From a virus (Duplodnaviria; Caudoviricetes): a stretch of 64,000 bases of DNA. The translations under genes and the position numbers were made by a program. Within the stretch, counting starts at the first letter, position 1, and the number at the start of each line of letters is the position of its first letter. This document shows positions 28,618 through 39,494 of this stretch, one piece after another. Where the stretch lies: positions 1 through 64,000 of the IMG/VR virus record IMGVR_UViG_3300026177_000194; one strand, given 5' to 3'. The notes below the pieces were generated by a model. It worked only from the letters and a program-made list of their open reading frames with translations. It did not search any database and was not told the DNA's origin.

Positions 28618-29532
28618 CTAAGATTTTCCTCTTTTGTCTTCTTCTTTTTCTTCTCTTTGTTTAATTTTATAAAATCGTTTCATAATATCATACACTTGCT
28701 CTAGGAATTCATAATATATTACTATAATATCATCAATTTCATCTTTAAACGTATCAACATTTGAGATAAGGGTTTCAAACAATTCAATAGACTGGGAGAT
28801 ATACTTTCTTAATTTCAAAAGAACAATTTCAGATGAGAATGACAACTGGGATTCAATTGCTAACAACCTTGAATAAATCTTCTTTAATTCAAATATTTTT
28901 CCAACTTCTTCTGCAGTTTTAGCTGGAGGTTCCCCAAATCCTCCACCCATAGCGTTTGGATCCATTCCCATTCCAGCTGCAGCATTGGGATCTGTTCCTC
29001 CCATCATAGCATTTGGATCAGGTTGTGTTTGGGTTGGATCTATATTAGGATCTTCACCGGTTGCTGGATTTTGTTCACCCATATTAGCTTGAGCCATTTC
29101 GCCCATATCATTTTCATCTTCTTCACCTTCTGGAGGATCATCTTGTTCAAACAAAGAATCTTCTAAAACAGATATCATTTCTTTTAATTCTGAAGTATCT
29201 AATGTATCTAGATCTATTTCGTTTCCTTTTTTATCAAATACTTCAACATCTTCTGGTTTAGCATCTTCATCTGGTGGTTCTCTAAGAATATTTTTTCCTT
29301 TTTTAGTTTTAATTTCAGGTTCTTCAAACGCATCTTCTTTTTTTACTGGGGAAACTGGTATTGAATCAGTAGTAGCTGCAGGAATTTCAATTTGTGTTTT
29401 ATATTCTTTACCATCATCTAAATTGGGAACATCTTGTATACTACCTGGTAATTGTGGTTTTGTAAAATCTTGATTACTAGAATAATACAATTGTTCTAAT
29501 TTTATTAAAACATCTTTGTTTAATTTTTTCAT
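28618..29532 (-). CDS. Acidic head-assembly (scaffold-like) protein
   Basis: Acidic, Pro/Met/Gly-rich linker; lies between portal and protease. Confidence 0.5.
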   Translation of the reverse strand: MKKLNKDVLIKLEQLYYSSNQDFTKPQLPGSIQDVPNLDDGKEYKTQIEIPAATTDSIPVSPVKKEDAFEEPEIKTKKGKNILREPPDEDAKPEDVEVFDKKGNEIDLDTLDTSELKEMISVLEDSLFEQDDPPEGEEDENDMGEMAQANMGEQNPATGEDPNIDPTQTQPDPNAMMGGTDPNAAAGMGMDPNAMGGGFGEPPAKTAEEVGKIFELKKIYSRLLAIESQLSFSSEIVLLKLRKYISQSIELFETLISNVDTFKDEIDDIIVIYYEFLEQVYDIMKRFYKIKQREEKEEDKRGKS

Positions 29533-29559
29533 TTTATATCTCCACTTAAGGAATAATTT

Positions 29560-31515
29560 TTAGAATCCACCGACTCCGCCCATACCACCAGTCATTAATC
29601 CGCCTCCGCCCATGCCACCTACACCATCCAATCCGTCAGCATTTTCTGTTCCAAGACTCTTATCAATTTTTGTATCAATTTCATATTGTTCAACTTCTTT
29701 CCAATCAATACTGGATAAGTATTTCTTTTTACTCCAATCTTTTGGAACTCCAACTCTTTCTAATGTTTCAACTAGATTAGCTAAATTACTAAGATATGAG
29801 GCTTGTCTTTCAAATTGTAATGACTTTGGAGCTGGAAATGCTACTTCAACATCATTTAATATTGTTAAAGCTTTTTCTGGGTCTACAATGTTATATATTT
29901 TTGTTATTAAATCTTGAACTTGATGAGTTAAGTATTTTTGATGGTTAACAATTGTTCTTGCAAACATTACATTTTCTTCTGAGAGGTTACTCTTAGCGCT
30001 CATTTGTTCTTCCATCCCAATAAAAGCTGGAGGAACCCCAACTCCGGCAATCACGCCGTCTCTTATGAATTTCAATTCATCGGTTTTTGATCTAGTATCT
30101 GTTACTAGATCTGTCATGTTTGCAATATCAACAAAAGCTTTTCCATCTTTTTGAGGTATGAAAATATCTTCAAAACTTGAGACCATTGATGGGATTGTAT
30201 CTACACTTCCAAAGCTATCAAGACTTATCTTTCTTCTTTTAAACTCTTCTTTCAATTTTTCAATAGCTTTTGCTGCATCTCTTGGGAGTCCGACTTCGAC
30301 TGTGATCTTTCTTTTTTCAATTGATCTATTAAGTCTCAGGATTGTCATTGCTGTTTCAAGAGCTATCAGAACTTTTGCTCCGAATTGTGCACTATCAAAA
30401 ATAGATTCACCATACGGGTAATATTTTACAGAGGGTCTTTGAAAGTGTTGTATTCTATCTGGCGGTACATATCTAATATTCATAGCTTTTGTAAAATCTG
30501 TTTCTTTAATCATCGACCCAACGACATCTTGTAAATCTTTTATATTAATACTTTGATCATCTAGACCAGGAATTTTCTTTTCAACTGACTTCAGAATTGA
30601 CTGACAAATTGAATTTACTGCTTGGTTTTGTAACATTGTTTGTGGAGACATAATGGAAGCTGGAAAAATTAAATATCCAAAACAAATTGGAAACATATCA
30701 CTTTGTAATTTAACTACACGTTTAGGGTCATAAAACAATAATTGCAAATCTTCTGGTTTTATTGTTGGTTTCTTATTTTTTTTATCTTTATCAATATCAC
30801 TTACGAATTGTTTATTTCCTGTTATCTTATCATTATTTATTATATCATCTAATGATGAAAAATCCATTATTATTTTCACATTAGTTTTTTCATCTATTCT
30901 TTCAGTTAAAGTTTCTTTTGATGAATCATTTACATTATTTTGAATATGATAAATTGTTTCTGCCAAAAATGCTGATTTACTAGTTAGTGCTGTTTTTTCA
31001 TCTGCAATTTCAACAAAGAAATCTCCAAATTGTAAAGTATTTTTTACAATCATATCTAATCTATCTTCTAACTTTAATTTTTGAATAATTTCTTCAACAT
31101 CTTTAACATTAGATTGAGCATTTTCTGAGTCTTCAATAAAAGATTTTGGATTAACTTCTAAACTAGTTTTAGTTATATCATCAGGAGCAAGGATATTATC
31201 AGTTAAAACATCTAATGCTCTTTGACAATAATTAATATGACTTAGAATTGCAGAGTATGCATTATATCTTGATAATCTATTTCCCTGTCCAAATGTTGCC
31301 GGAGTGGTTCCTTGTTGAAATATATTTTGTCCAATATCCATTGATCCACCTTTGGATATTAGATTTTTTACTAGATCAATATATCCATTTCTTCCGGAAT
31401 TGGATTTATATGATATAATATCTCTTACCGCACTATCTAACTTTGCATCAATTCCAGAAGTTTTAGTTCCAACAATGGAAGTTTTTAGTTTGGAAAAAGT
31501 ATCTCTTAGTGACAT
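29560..31515 (-). CDS. Portal protein, T4 gp20-like
   Basis: YGESIFDSA, LIALETAMTILRLNRSIEKRKI, EDIFIPQKDG, GVGVPPAFI. Confidence 0.9.
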   Translation of the reverse strand: MSLRDTFSKLKTSIVGTKTSGIDAKLDSAVRDIISYKSNSGRNGYIDLVKNLISKGGSMDIGQNIFQQGTTPATFGQGNRLSRYNAYSAILSHINYCQRALDVLTDNILAPDDITKTSLEVNPKSFIEDSENAQSNVKDVEEIIQKLKLEDRLDMIVKNTLQFGDFFVEIADEKTALTSKSAFLAETIYHIQNNVNDSSKETLTERIDEKTNVKIIMDFSSLDDIINNDKITGNKQFVSDIDKDKKNKKPTIKPEDLQLLFYDPKRVVKLQSDMFPICFGYLIFPASIMSPQTMLQNQAVNSICQSILKSVEKKIPGLDDQSINIKDLQDVVGSMIKETDFTKAMNIRYVPPDRIQHFQRPSVKYYPYGESIFDSAQFGAKVLIALETAMTILRLNRSIEKRKITVEVGLPRDAAKAIEKLKEEFKRRKISLDSFGSVDTIPSMVSSFEDIFIPQKDGKAFVDIANMTDLVTDTRSKTDELKFIRDGVIAGVGVPPAFIGMEEQMSAKSNLSEENVMFARTIVNHQKYLTHQVQDLITKIYNIVDPEKALTILNDVEVAFPAPKSLQFERQASYLSNLANLVETLERVGVPKDWSKKKYLSSIDWKEVEQYEIDTKIDKSLGTENADGLDGVGGMGGGGLMTGGMGGVGGF

Positions 31516-31603
31516 AATGTATTATTCTCTTTTCTATTTTGTAATAGATATTTCTCTCGTCATCATTTTTAAATCTTAATGACGAGAGAAATATAATTTA
31601 ATA

Positions 31604-32071
31604 TTATGCTTTTGCTGCTTTCTTTTGTCTTGCTTTATATGCTAAATATCCACCACCAGCTGCAGCCGTTCCAAGAGCTAATGCTGCACCAATTTTACCT
31701 TTTTTTGGCATATTTTTAATCATTCCAATAGCTTTTGTTCCAGAAGATTTTGCAGCCTGTACTGATGTATGATATGCTGCTTTTAATTTTGCAACTTGAT
31801 TTGCAAACCATGTTTTAATTTTACTAATTTTCTGGCCATCGCCGGCAGCTTTAGCAAGTTTTTCATCTCGCAAAGCTTTCAATGCAGCCAACTTTTCTGT
31901 AAACACTTGTTTCAACTTAGTTAATTTATCAGTTAATGCATTTTCAACTAATACATTTAATTCTTTAGCTTCTGTGATTGTAATTTCTTTACTAGCAATT
32001 AAATACTCTTCTAAATAGTCAACACCGCTTCCTGTTCCAATTATAGATATTACTTTTTCTGTCAATAACAT
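31604..32071 (-). CDS. Basic Ala/Lys-rich putative internal virion protein
   Basis: MLLTE N-terminus; GKIGAALALGTAAAGGGYLAYKA; paralogous to 32092. Confidence 0.55.
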   Translation of the reverse strand: MLLTEKVISIIGTGSGVDYLEEYLIASKEITITEAKELNVLVENALTDKLTKLKQVFTEKLAALKALRDEKLAKAAGDGQKISKIKTWFANQVAKLKAAYHTSVQAAKSSGTKAIGMIKNMPKKGKIGAALALGTAAAGGGYLAYKARQKKAAKA

Positions 32072-32091
32072 TTTATTTTCCTCCTTATTAT

Positions 32092-32676
32092 TTAAAGTCC
32101 TTTTTCTTTTCTATATTCTTTTGATGGTAAAGCTAGAGCTCTATTTTTTTGGGCTCTATATCCGGCATAGGTTCCACCTGCTGCTAGTGCTCCTGTTGCA
32201 ATAACTCCAGCTTTTCCAAGTTTAGTTAAATTTTTAAACTTTCCGGCTACAGACAATCCTTTTCCCGTTTTTCCGCCTTTCCAAATAGCACTTTTAACTT
32301 TTGCAACTGTTTCTTTATATGAATCAATAACATGTTGTTTTGAAGCTTTATATGCCGCTAGAGCATTCGCTTTTAATCCTTTATATTTTTTATTAATAGA
32401 ATCAATTTTTGCAGCTTTAGCTTCTTTTGAAAGGTTTGATTTTCCAACTTGATCAATTGATTTAACTCTAATTCTTTCTAGTTGATCTCGTTTCTTTTTA
32501 AAATTATTCCACAATACTTTCCATTTACTTTTAACTTCTTCCTCGGCTTCTCTTAAAATATTTTTACCTTCTAATAATGTTATTCCATCTGAAAGAATTA
32601 AATACTCATCGAGAAAGGGTAATAATGGTTTTGATATTAATTCAATTAATTGAGATTCTGTTAATACTTGACTCAT
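32092..32676 (-). CDS. Basic putative internal virion protein
   Basis: MSQVLTE; GKAGVIATGALAAGGTYAGYRA. Confidence 0.55.
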   Translation of the reverse strand: MSQVLTESQLIELISKPLLPFLDEYLILSDGITLLEGKNILREAEEEVKSKWKVLWNNFKKKRDQLERIRVKSIDQVGKSNLSKEAKAAKIDSINKKYKGLKANALAAYKASKQHVIDSYKETVAKVKSAIWKGGKTGKGLSVAGKFKNLTKLGKAGVIATGALAAGGTYAGYRAQKNRALALPSKEYRKEKGL

Positions 32677-32697
32677 TTTATTTTCCTCCGGCTATAT

Positions 32698-33561
32698 TTA
32701 CATTGGAGTCGTTTTGGTTTGTGTAATTACAGTAGCTCCAGTTTTCTTTGTTATTTTTCTAGCTTTTGCATCTGCTTTCATTTGAGCTTTCAATTGTTCT
32801 TCACGTTTTAAAGTTTCTAACTCTTTTGTATATGCTGTCACATTATCTTTTTGAATTTGTAAATCTCTAATTGTTTTTTGAAGATGTTTATCTAATTTAG
32901 CTTTACATTTTAGTGGATTTTTATCTTGATTACATTTTGCAATTAATCCATTTAATTTTCCCAATTTTGTTGAAAGGATTTGAACTTTAATTTTAGATAT
33001 ACAAAGTTCTCGTTCTGGGCCACTTTTATAAACACCACATTTTCTTACTGCTTGACTAAACATAGATTGTACGGATCTATTAATTGCAAATATGGCTTTA
33101 TCTACAAACATTCCAACTGCGACAGAAGCTGCCAATCCAGCGAATGCTGCGACTTGTTCATCTAAATTTTGTTGTTCTCCAAGAATTTCTGCAATTTTAT
33201 TTTTATTTATTTCTATTCTATTTTTAGCTTTTTCAATTTCTATTGAAAATTTTTCTTTACAAATAGCTGGATTTTTTGCTGTACTACAACCTGCTAACAT
33301 TTTTTTTGCAATTGCAATTTTTTGAGTAAGTGCTTTAATTTTTTCTCTTGCGACACATACTTTAAACCCTGGAGTGCTTTTTTTAAATCCACCGCATTTT
33401 CTAGTAGCTTGACTAAACATTACATTTGCAGCTTTCCATGATGCTAAAGCTGCGGGCATCCACAATACTCCAAACGCAACACCTGATGCTGCGCCGGTTG
33501 CTAAATTTGTCATCACTTGTTCATTATGTAAAAATTCTAAATAATTTTCTAAAACTGTCAT
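32698..33561 (-). CDS. Putative internal head protein with two CxxxxNPxxC domains
   Basis: Duplicated unit MFSQAxRKCG...C...KI...CxxxKNPxxCK. Confidence 0.6.
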   Translation of the reverse strand: MTVLENYLEFLHNEQVMTNLATGAASGVAFGVLWMPAALASWKAANVMFSQATRKCGGFKKSTPGFKVCVAREKIKALTQKIAIAKKMLAGCSTAKNPAICKEKFSIEIEKAKNRIEINKNKIAEILGEQQNLDEQVAAFAGLAASVAVGMFVDKAIFAINRSVQSMFSQAVRKCGVYKSGPERELCISKIKVQILSTKLGKLNGLIAKCNQDKNPLKCKAKLDKHLQKTIRDLQIQKDNVTAYTKELETLKREEQLKAQMKADAKARKITKKTGATVITQTKTTPM

Positions 33562-33585
33562 AGAAGTTTTAAACCTCTTTTAATT

Positions 33586-34002
33586 TTAATCATTATCAAC
33601 CATAATATTTTCTCTAGCTTTTTCTCGAATTTCATCATTTTCAAATCTGCTATTAAAATATTCAATTAGATTAAAGATAAATGTTTCTTCACTTCCATAC
33701 AACTCAATAAACTCTTCTTTTAAATTATCTCCAATCAATTTCATTACTAATACAGCAAAATCTTTTGAAACAACATTAAATTCTATATCATTTATTTTAA
33801 CAGCTTCTAAAGAATAAATTAATATTTTATCTTTATAAATAATATCATAAGCTTTTTTCATATGATATTCTAATATAGCAACATATGATTCAAAATGTTC
33901 TATTTTATTAATAACTCGATTCCTATTTTGTGTATCTAATAACAATATACAAATTACAGAAAAAACTACTAAAAAAACAAATAAACATATATATTCAAAC
34001 AT
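33586..34002 (-). CDS. N-terminally membrane-anchored protein
   Basis: Hydrophobic first 22 aa. Confidence 0.55.
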   Translation of the reverse strand: MFEYICLFVFLVVFSVICILLLDTQNRNRVINKIEHFESYVAILEYHMKKAYDIIYKDKILIYSLEAVKINDIEFNVVSKDFAVLVMKLIGDNLKEEFIELYGSEETFIFNLIEYFNSRFENDEIREKARENIMVDND

Positions 34003-34009
34003 AATTCTC

Positions 34010-34291
34010 TTAATCCTTTATCACATCATTTTGATTAACAACAACTGGTTTGACACTATCTATTTTTTGATTAACATTTTTTTGTTTTTTATTATCAATT
34101 TCAAAAACATTAATTGAACATATTTCTGATGGTTTTATAATTATATTTCCGGAAGTTGTTTCTAATATACAAATTTTTGTTAACTCCATTATTTTACTAA
34201 TTTCTTTCGTATATGTTACTAAATCTTTTTGATCATCATCTATTAATTCTATTTCTTTAGAATCTTTTTGGTTAATGATTATTTTTTTCAT
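34010..34291 (-). CDS. Hypothetical protein
   Basis: Co-oriented ORF. Confidence 0.55.
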   Translation of the reverse strand: MKKIIINQKDSKEIELIDDDQKDLVTYTKEISKIMELTKICILETTSGNIIIKPSEICSINVFEIDNKKQKNVNQKIDSVKPVVVNQNDVIKD

Positions 34292-34307
34292 TTTTTATCT
34301 TCTTTCT

Positions 34308-34943
34308 TTACAATTCACTGTTTAAAAACTTTTCTAATATTGAAGATGATTTTATAGTCAATTCCTCTATTTTTACTTCAACATCAGAAGAATCTGTTCG
34401 ATTAAAATTATTATTTAACAACTCGCTTACATCAATATTCTTTAATGGTTCATCTTCCTTTGTATTTATATTTTGTTCTAGTTTTTTTGTTGAATCATGA
34501 TAAACTTTCATTTTAATTTCACGAACTTCTTTTTTTGGTGAAATTGGTAAATGTGCAGGTTCTTGTTTTTGATGAACAATTTTTTCTTCTTTTTTAATAT
34601 TTTTTTGTATTGGTTTAATTATAGGAGTATCTACAATTTTATTTTCAATTTTATCTGAAGGTCTTGTATTAGAAACTTTTTTAGCGGTTCTTTCTTTTTT
34701 GACAGGTTCTCTTTCCGATGGGAGGTAATCATAAACTTTTTTTTGATTAATGTCAGTTTCTGAATTATTATGATCCATAATTTCTATTTCATAGTCCCTA
34801 CTTTGTAAACCATAAAATTTAATTCTTGATTGAATCAAAGGTAAATGACTTTCCGAAATAATACATTCAAAAGGAGATCTAACTGGTTTATCCTTTATTA
34901 TAAACATCTTATTTGAAATTTTAATTTTTATTCTATAATTCAT
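34308..34943 (-). CDS. Hypothetical protein
   Basis: 211-aa ORF. Confidence 0.55.
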   Translation of the reverse strand: MNYRIKIKISNKMFIIKDKPVRSPFECIISESHLPLIQSRIKFYGLQSRDYEIEIMDHNNSETDINQKKVYDYLPSEREPVKKERTAKKVSNTRPSDKIENKIVDTPIIKPIQKNIKKEEKIVHQKQEPAHLPISPKKEVREIKMKVYHDSTKKLEQNINTKEDEPLKNIDVSELLNNNFNRTDSSDVEVKIEELTIKSSSILEKFLNSEL

Positions 34944-35044
34944 TGTGTAAATTCCTTTCGTTTCTTCATCGTTAAAAAAGGTGAGTGACTTAATTAAAAA
35001 TCACTCACCTTTTTAAGATATTTTAAAAAATTGTTTAAATTGAT

Positions 35045-35977
35045 TTATTTTCTTTTCAGTAATTTTTTGGATTCCTTTTTTACTTTTTCTTCTTCCCTTT
35101 CATCATCATCTTCATCATCATCTTTCATATCAATATCAATTTCATCCTGTTCATCAAGATCATCTTGTTCTTTAACTTCTTCCTTTTCATCATCATCTTC
35201 TTCTTCTTCTTCGTCCTTTTCTTCCTCTTCTACTTGTTCTTTAAAAAGTTTAAAAGCTTCCTCAACTTCTCTTGCAGCTTTGACTCGAATAGGACCCATT
35301 CCTTCACCTTCAGCAGATTCTTTTGCAATTTCTTTATCTACATCCAAATCTTCTTCATCCTCATCTTTCTTTTCTTCCCCATCAATTTCTGCTTCTAATT
35401 CTGCTTCTAAAAGATCAATATCTTCTAAAACATCATCAACTTCTTTTTCATCAGCTAAATCAGTTCCTGCCTCTGTTCCGGGTTCATCCTCTTTTCCTTC
35501 ATCTTCCATTTCCTGGATTAGTTTCTCGATAACAGTATTTTCCAATGCGACCATTTCACTAGTAACAACATCAGCATCATCAAGAGGTTCATCTTTTGCA
35601 ACAATATCAGGATCACCCGGTTCGTAATCTTCTAATTCGAGATCCTCATCCATTAGTTCAGCTTCGAGATCATCCATTGTTTCATCAACATCATCAGCTT
35701 CTTCACCGGTTACGATTTCATTGGGATCTTCTGCATCTTCATCTGCATCAACATCTACTGGATTTTCAGGACCATCATCCTGTTCAACCAATTTTTCTTT
35801 ATTTTCATTAAAATAATATCTTTCAAGAATAGACGATGCATCCTTATGGGTTTCAATTTCTCCATCTCCCTTAAACGTGAGAATGGGTTCAGTCATTGGA
35901 CCTTTATAATCCATAACTTTTGCATCATACTCAGAGATAGCTTCTTTCAAAAGTTGAATATAAGATACTTTTTTCAT
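35045..35977 (-). CDS. Highly acidic prohead core/scaffold-like protein
   Basis: Extreme D/E content; multiple LxE sites; SD AGGAGG. Confidence 0.6.
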   Translation of the reverse strand: MKKVSYIQLLKEAISEYDAKVMDYKGPMTEPILTFKGDGEIETHKDASSILERYYFNENKEKLVEQDDGPENPVDVDADEDAEDPNEIVTGEEADDVDETMDDLEAELMDEDLELEDYEPGDPDIVAKDEPLDDADVVTSEMVALENTVIEKLIQEMEDEGKEDEPGTEAGTDLADEKEVDDVLEDIDLLEAELEAEIDGEEKKDEDEEDLDVDKEIAKESAEGEGMGPIRVKAAREVEEAFKLFKEQVEEEEKDEEEEEDDDEKEEVKEQDDLDEQDEIDIDMKDDDEDDDEREEEKVKKESKKLLKRK

Positions 35978-36079
35978 TTTTAAATTTCCTCCTAAAAATT
36001 ATGTTTTTTGAATTGTTATTTCGCCATTTGATATATGTTCTAATAAATTTACGATATTAGAACAAGTTTGTTTCTTAAA

Positions 36080-37642
36080 TTAAAATATATTTGCTATATT
36101 TTTATTATACAAATTTTGATCGCTATTTTCTTCTGACATTCCTTTAAATGGGTTAAATTTTTCAGTTTCTCCGGTTGTAGCATTTAGAGTTTCAATTTCT
36201 ATCATTTGATCTGAGGTAATATCGGGTCTTCCATCATTGGATGTTTTCAATCCATTTAAAAATTTATAATGTTTGAAATTAACTTTAAAATCAATTGCAA
36301 CATTATCTTTTCCACATCTATTTTTTGTAACTTTCAAATGAACTTCATCATCTTTGGTTTGATCTTTTGACATCAAAGCAATAAAATCGGCATGTTCAAC
36401 TTTCTTAATTGATTCAGACATCATATCCATATTTAAACTTTTTGAATCTTGATTTCTATATACGGATCTCCCTAATTGTGAAACAGTTATTACTGGAATA
36501 TTATATTTTACTGCTATATCTTTAAGACCAGAAGTTATAAAACCTAATTCTAATCTATACAATTCATTTGTAATATCAGCTTTTAATAAATCTAAATAAT
36601 CAACATATAATCCTCTTATTGAGTCTTTTCCATATTGATCAATAACATCGTCTAGATGCATCATTATATCTGTACAACTTATAGAATACTTTTGAAAATA
36701 TTTAAAAATTACAGAACAACCAGAAGTTTTAGTTCTATCTGCTATAACCTTTTTAATATCAATTCCTGCATTAATATCTCTTAAAGTTTTTACTTGATCT
36801 TTTTCAAACATCATCTGATATAATCTAAGAAGACTTTCATCTATTAAATTTTCTAATGTAATATATAAATAAACTTTACTATTATTTGAAGACTTTTTAT
36901 CTTTGTTTTTTGTTATATCATTGTTGATAAAATTTAAAATCATTGTAGATTTACCAGATCCAGATCCACCACCAAAGATATATAATCTAGATTTTTCAAA
37001 TCCTCCATTATCAAAAACATCTTTATCAAAAATTGTATATCCAGTATGTATAGTATTTGTTTTATCATACTTTTTTCTAATCATATCCAATACTGGAGAA
37101 TAATCATCATTAATTAAATCTAAACTTGCAGATGATTCCAAACCAACATTTCTGCTAGATTCCATTAAATTAAAATTTGCTTCTTTAATTATTTTCTCAT
37201 ATTTAAAGATAATCTCATCAATAGAATCATAATTACCAGATTTAATGATATCTAAAAATCTTGAAATTTCATCATAATTAGAAACTACCCCATTCAATTT
37301 CTTTCTCATTCTAATTTGACATATATGATCAGATAAAACATCATCCGGTACTTCTTCATTTCTTTTAACTGCAATAAAATCAGCTAAAGTTTTATATTTT
37401 TGTCCATATAAAATACTATCAATAACATTGTCATCTGTTTTCTCATTTAATTTTAATTTGCATACCTCATTTAAACATTCAACTTTGTTTTGAATATTGA
37501 TTGGTATTTCATTCTTTTGTTTTTCTTTGAAGAAATCTAATATTTCAATAATATCCCGATACAACGATTTGTTTTTCTTAATTTTTGTAGTTTTATTTAA
37601 TACTACACTAAAACATGAGTTTAAAAATAAATCCGTGATCAT
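36080..37642 (-). CDS. Replicative helicase, DnaB/T4 gp41-like
   Basis: Walker A GGSGSGKS, YITLE, Walker B YVDYLDL, TVSQLGR, ESIKKVEHAD, KNR. Confidence 0.9.
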   Translation of the reverse strand: MITDLFLNSCFSVVLNKTTKIKKNKSLYRDIIEILDFFKEKQKNEIPINIQNKVECLNEVCKLKLNEKTDDNVIDSILYGQKYKTLADFIAVKRNEEVPDDVLSDHICQIRMRKKLNGVVSNYDEISRFLDIIKSGNYDSIDEIIFKYEKIIKEANFNLMESSRNVGLESSASLDLINDDYSPVLDMIRKKYDKTNTIHTGYTIFDKDVFDNGGFEKSRLYIFGGGSGSGKSTMILNFINNDITKNKDKKSSNNSKVYLYITLENLIDESLLRLYQMMFEKDQVKTLRDINAGIDIKKVIADRTKTSGCSVIFKYFQKYSISCTDIMMHLDDVIDQYGKDSIRGLYVDYLDLLKADITNELYRLELGFITSGLKDIAVKYNIPVITVSQLGRSVYRNQDSKSLNMDMMSESIKKVEHADFIALMSKDQTKDDEVHLKVTKNRCGKDNVAIDFKVNFKHYKFLNGLKTSNDGRPDITSDQMIEIETLNATTGETEKFNPFKGMSEENSDQNLYNKNIANIF

Positions 37643-37657
37643 TTTAAATCCTTTTCT

Positions 37658-38101
37658 TTATGTGAAAATGTGCATATTACTTATTGTAAAATCTCTTGAA
37701 TCCGGTGTGATATTTATTGCATAATTAACTTTTTTATTAGTTTTTATAACACCATTTGTTAAAACCACTTTTACTCCTTTAAACAAAATATTTTTCTTTA
37801 TCACAATAGTTCCGCTTGTAGATAAATCATAAATACCAGGTTTTAATTCTACAACCCCATCTTCTTTTAAATTATTGATACACCATGAGATAGATCCTTT
37901 ATGATTTCTATCTCCATGATCTAAAATAGAATTATCAGCTTCTAATATATTTGTTTCTTTCTTTCCTAAAACATTTTCAATCCATGTTAATTTTCCGTAT
38001 CCATAACAATGATAACAAATTCTTTTAGTTAAACCATTGTTTGTGATAATTTCCCCAGTACCATTACATCTGTCACAAATAACAAAACTATCATTATTCA
38101 T
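37658..38101 (-). CDS. CxxCxGxG Zn-finger protein
   Basis: CDRCNGTG...CYHCYGYGKLTWIENVLGK. Confidence 0.6.
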   Translation of the reverse strand: MNNDSFVICDRCNGTGEIITNNGLTKRICYHCYGYGKLTWIENVLGKKETNILEADNSILDHGDRNHKGSISWCINNLKEDGVVELKPGIYDLSTSGTIVIKKNILFKGVKVVLTNGVIKTNKKVNYAINITPDSRDFTISNMHIFT

Positions 38102-39480
38102 ATCGTCAACAATTGTCCATTTTCTGTAAGATTTATAAATTCGTCTTTACTTAAAAATTTATTAACCACATGTTTACAAAAATCTTCATCTAAGTTTGTT
38201 AACATATCTAATGACTTTATAATGCTATTTGATTTAGAAATTTGTTTTCTACTAATTTTTCCTTGGTTTAAATCCCTAGTTATTTGTTCTGATTTTGATA
38301 TAAAGGTTTCAATATTACCAGATTCATAATAAGGATAAATTTCTTCTGATTTTTGTCTCATTAATAATTCAACTTCTTGATAAAACTCTAACATGTACAA
38401 CATTAAATAAATTTTAACTGATTCATGAAAAGTTCCGGTTTGTAAATTATAAATACTATCAAAATTTAATTTTTTAAAATTATACTTTTCTGATAATTGA
38501 TTCATTACATTATTACACACATCTTGTATTTTAATATCGTCTTTGAATCTCATATTTAAGTTACAGCTTCTTATATCAACTTTTTTAATTTTGTCTCCGT
38601 CCAATGTAGAAAAAAATCTCCCAATCATTAAACCCTTGAATAAGCCTGATGAATCATAAGTTATGTTTAACTCAATATTATGTACCTTTTTTACATGATA
38701 TTTAAACAATTCATAGAAAAATATGTCTCTAAATGTTGCTCCACCTAGAACATGAAAATCTAATTTGTTTCTTTTATATTTAATTGTTTCATTCAACAAT
38801 GGTATTAATGGAAGTACATAAATGATACACGGAATGTCTGAATCACCTGCTGAATTTGCGACAATTCCGCCTGTTCCAAACAGTTTGAATCTTGAATATA
38901 AATCATTATCTCGCAAAATTTTAGTGTATATGTCCCATAGTTTTGGTGTTCTAAAATGATGAATATAAATTATTTTTGATCTGACATCATCTGGAAGGTT
39001 TGCTGCAGTTAAATATGATTCTAAATTCTTTTCATATATTTGATCAAAGTTTTTGAATATTTTACATCCCGGACCAGGAGGAATATCTAAAATAAAAGCT
39101 TGGTCGTAAACATCTTTGTAATCAACAAGAAATGAGTAATAATGTTTTGGAAGTAGATTTGATTCTGATTCTGTTAAAATTCCAACTGAAATTTGAAAGC
39201 CCCCGCTGTCACAAATAAATTTAGAAGAATCAAATAATCTAGAGTTTCTAAGTTTTATATATAATTCAGCTTCTTTTTGATTATAATTATCGTAACTTCT
39301 CTTACCTCTAAAATTTTGTCCAAAAGAGTGAAGAAACCTATTACAAACTTGACCAAAGAAATTAGATATATCTTCTCTAGTAAAATGATTATCAAAATCA
39401 TTTTTTTTATTTAACATAAAATTATCAATTATAGTCATCAATGTTTCACATCCAGCCACGGTATATCCACTCGCCATCAT
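38098..39480 (-). CDS. dpdA: TGT-fold DNA/tRNA-guanine transglycosylase (DpdA-like)
   Basis: DSGGFQ, ILDIPP, FHVLGG and ITYDSS motifs; queE and queC are in the same window. Confidence 0.7.
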   Translation of the reverse strand: MMASGYTVAGCETLMTIIDNFMLNKKNDFDNHFTREDISNFFGQVCNRFLHSFGQNFRGKRSYDNYNQKEAELYIKLRNSRLFDSSKFICDSGGFQISVGILTESESNLLPKHYYSFLVDYKDVYDQAFILDIPPGPGCKIFKNFDQIYEKNLESYLTAANLPDDVRSKIIYIHHFRTPKLWDIYTKILRDNDLYSRFKLFGTGGIVANSAGDSDIPCIIYVLPLIPLLNETIKYKRNKLDFHVLGGATFRDIFFYELFKYHVKKVHNIELNITYDSSGLFKGLMIGRFFSTLDGDKIKKVDIRSCNLNMRFKDDIKIQDVCNNVMNQLSEKYNFKKLNFDSIYNLQTGTFHESVKIYLMLYMLEFYQEVELLMRQKSEEIYPYYESGNIETFISKSEQITRDLNQGKISRKQISKSNSIIKSLDMLTNLDEDFCKHVVNKFLSKDEFINLTENGQLLTI

Positions 39481-39494
39481 TCAAACCTTTCAAT

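Noticed and set aside
31548-31594. Long perfect hairpins (31548, about 34975, about 47360, 15193) as a special repeat family
   Set aside because: The sequences are unrelated to each other and lie at gene ends or convergent junctions, consistent with ordinary intrinsic terminators.
35031-35627. Plus-strand Ser-rich 198-aa ORF, and other antisense ORFs (e.g. 1-288, 2217-2471, 24684-24920, 29612-29917, 61511-61756)
   Set aside because: Shadow frames of genuine genes on the opposite strand; no SD or recognisable motifs.
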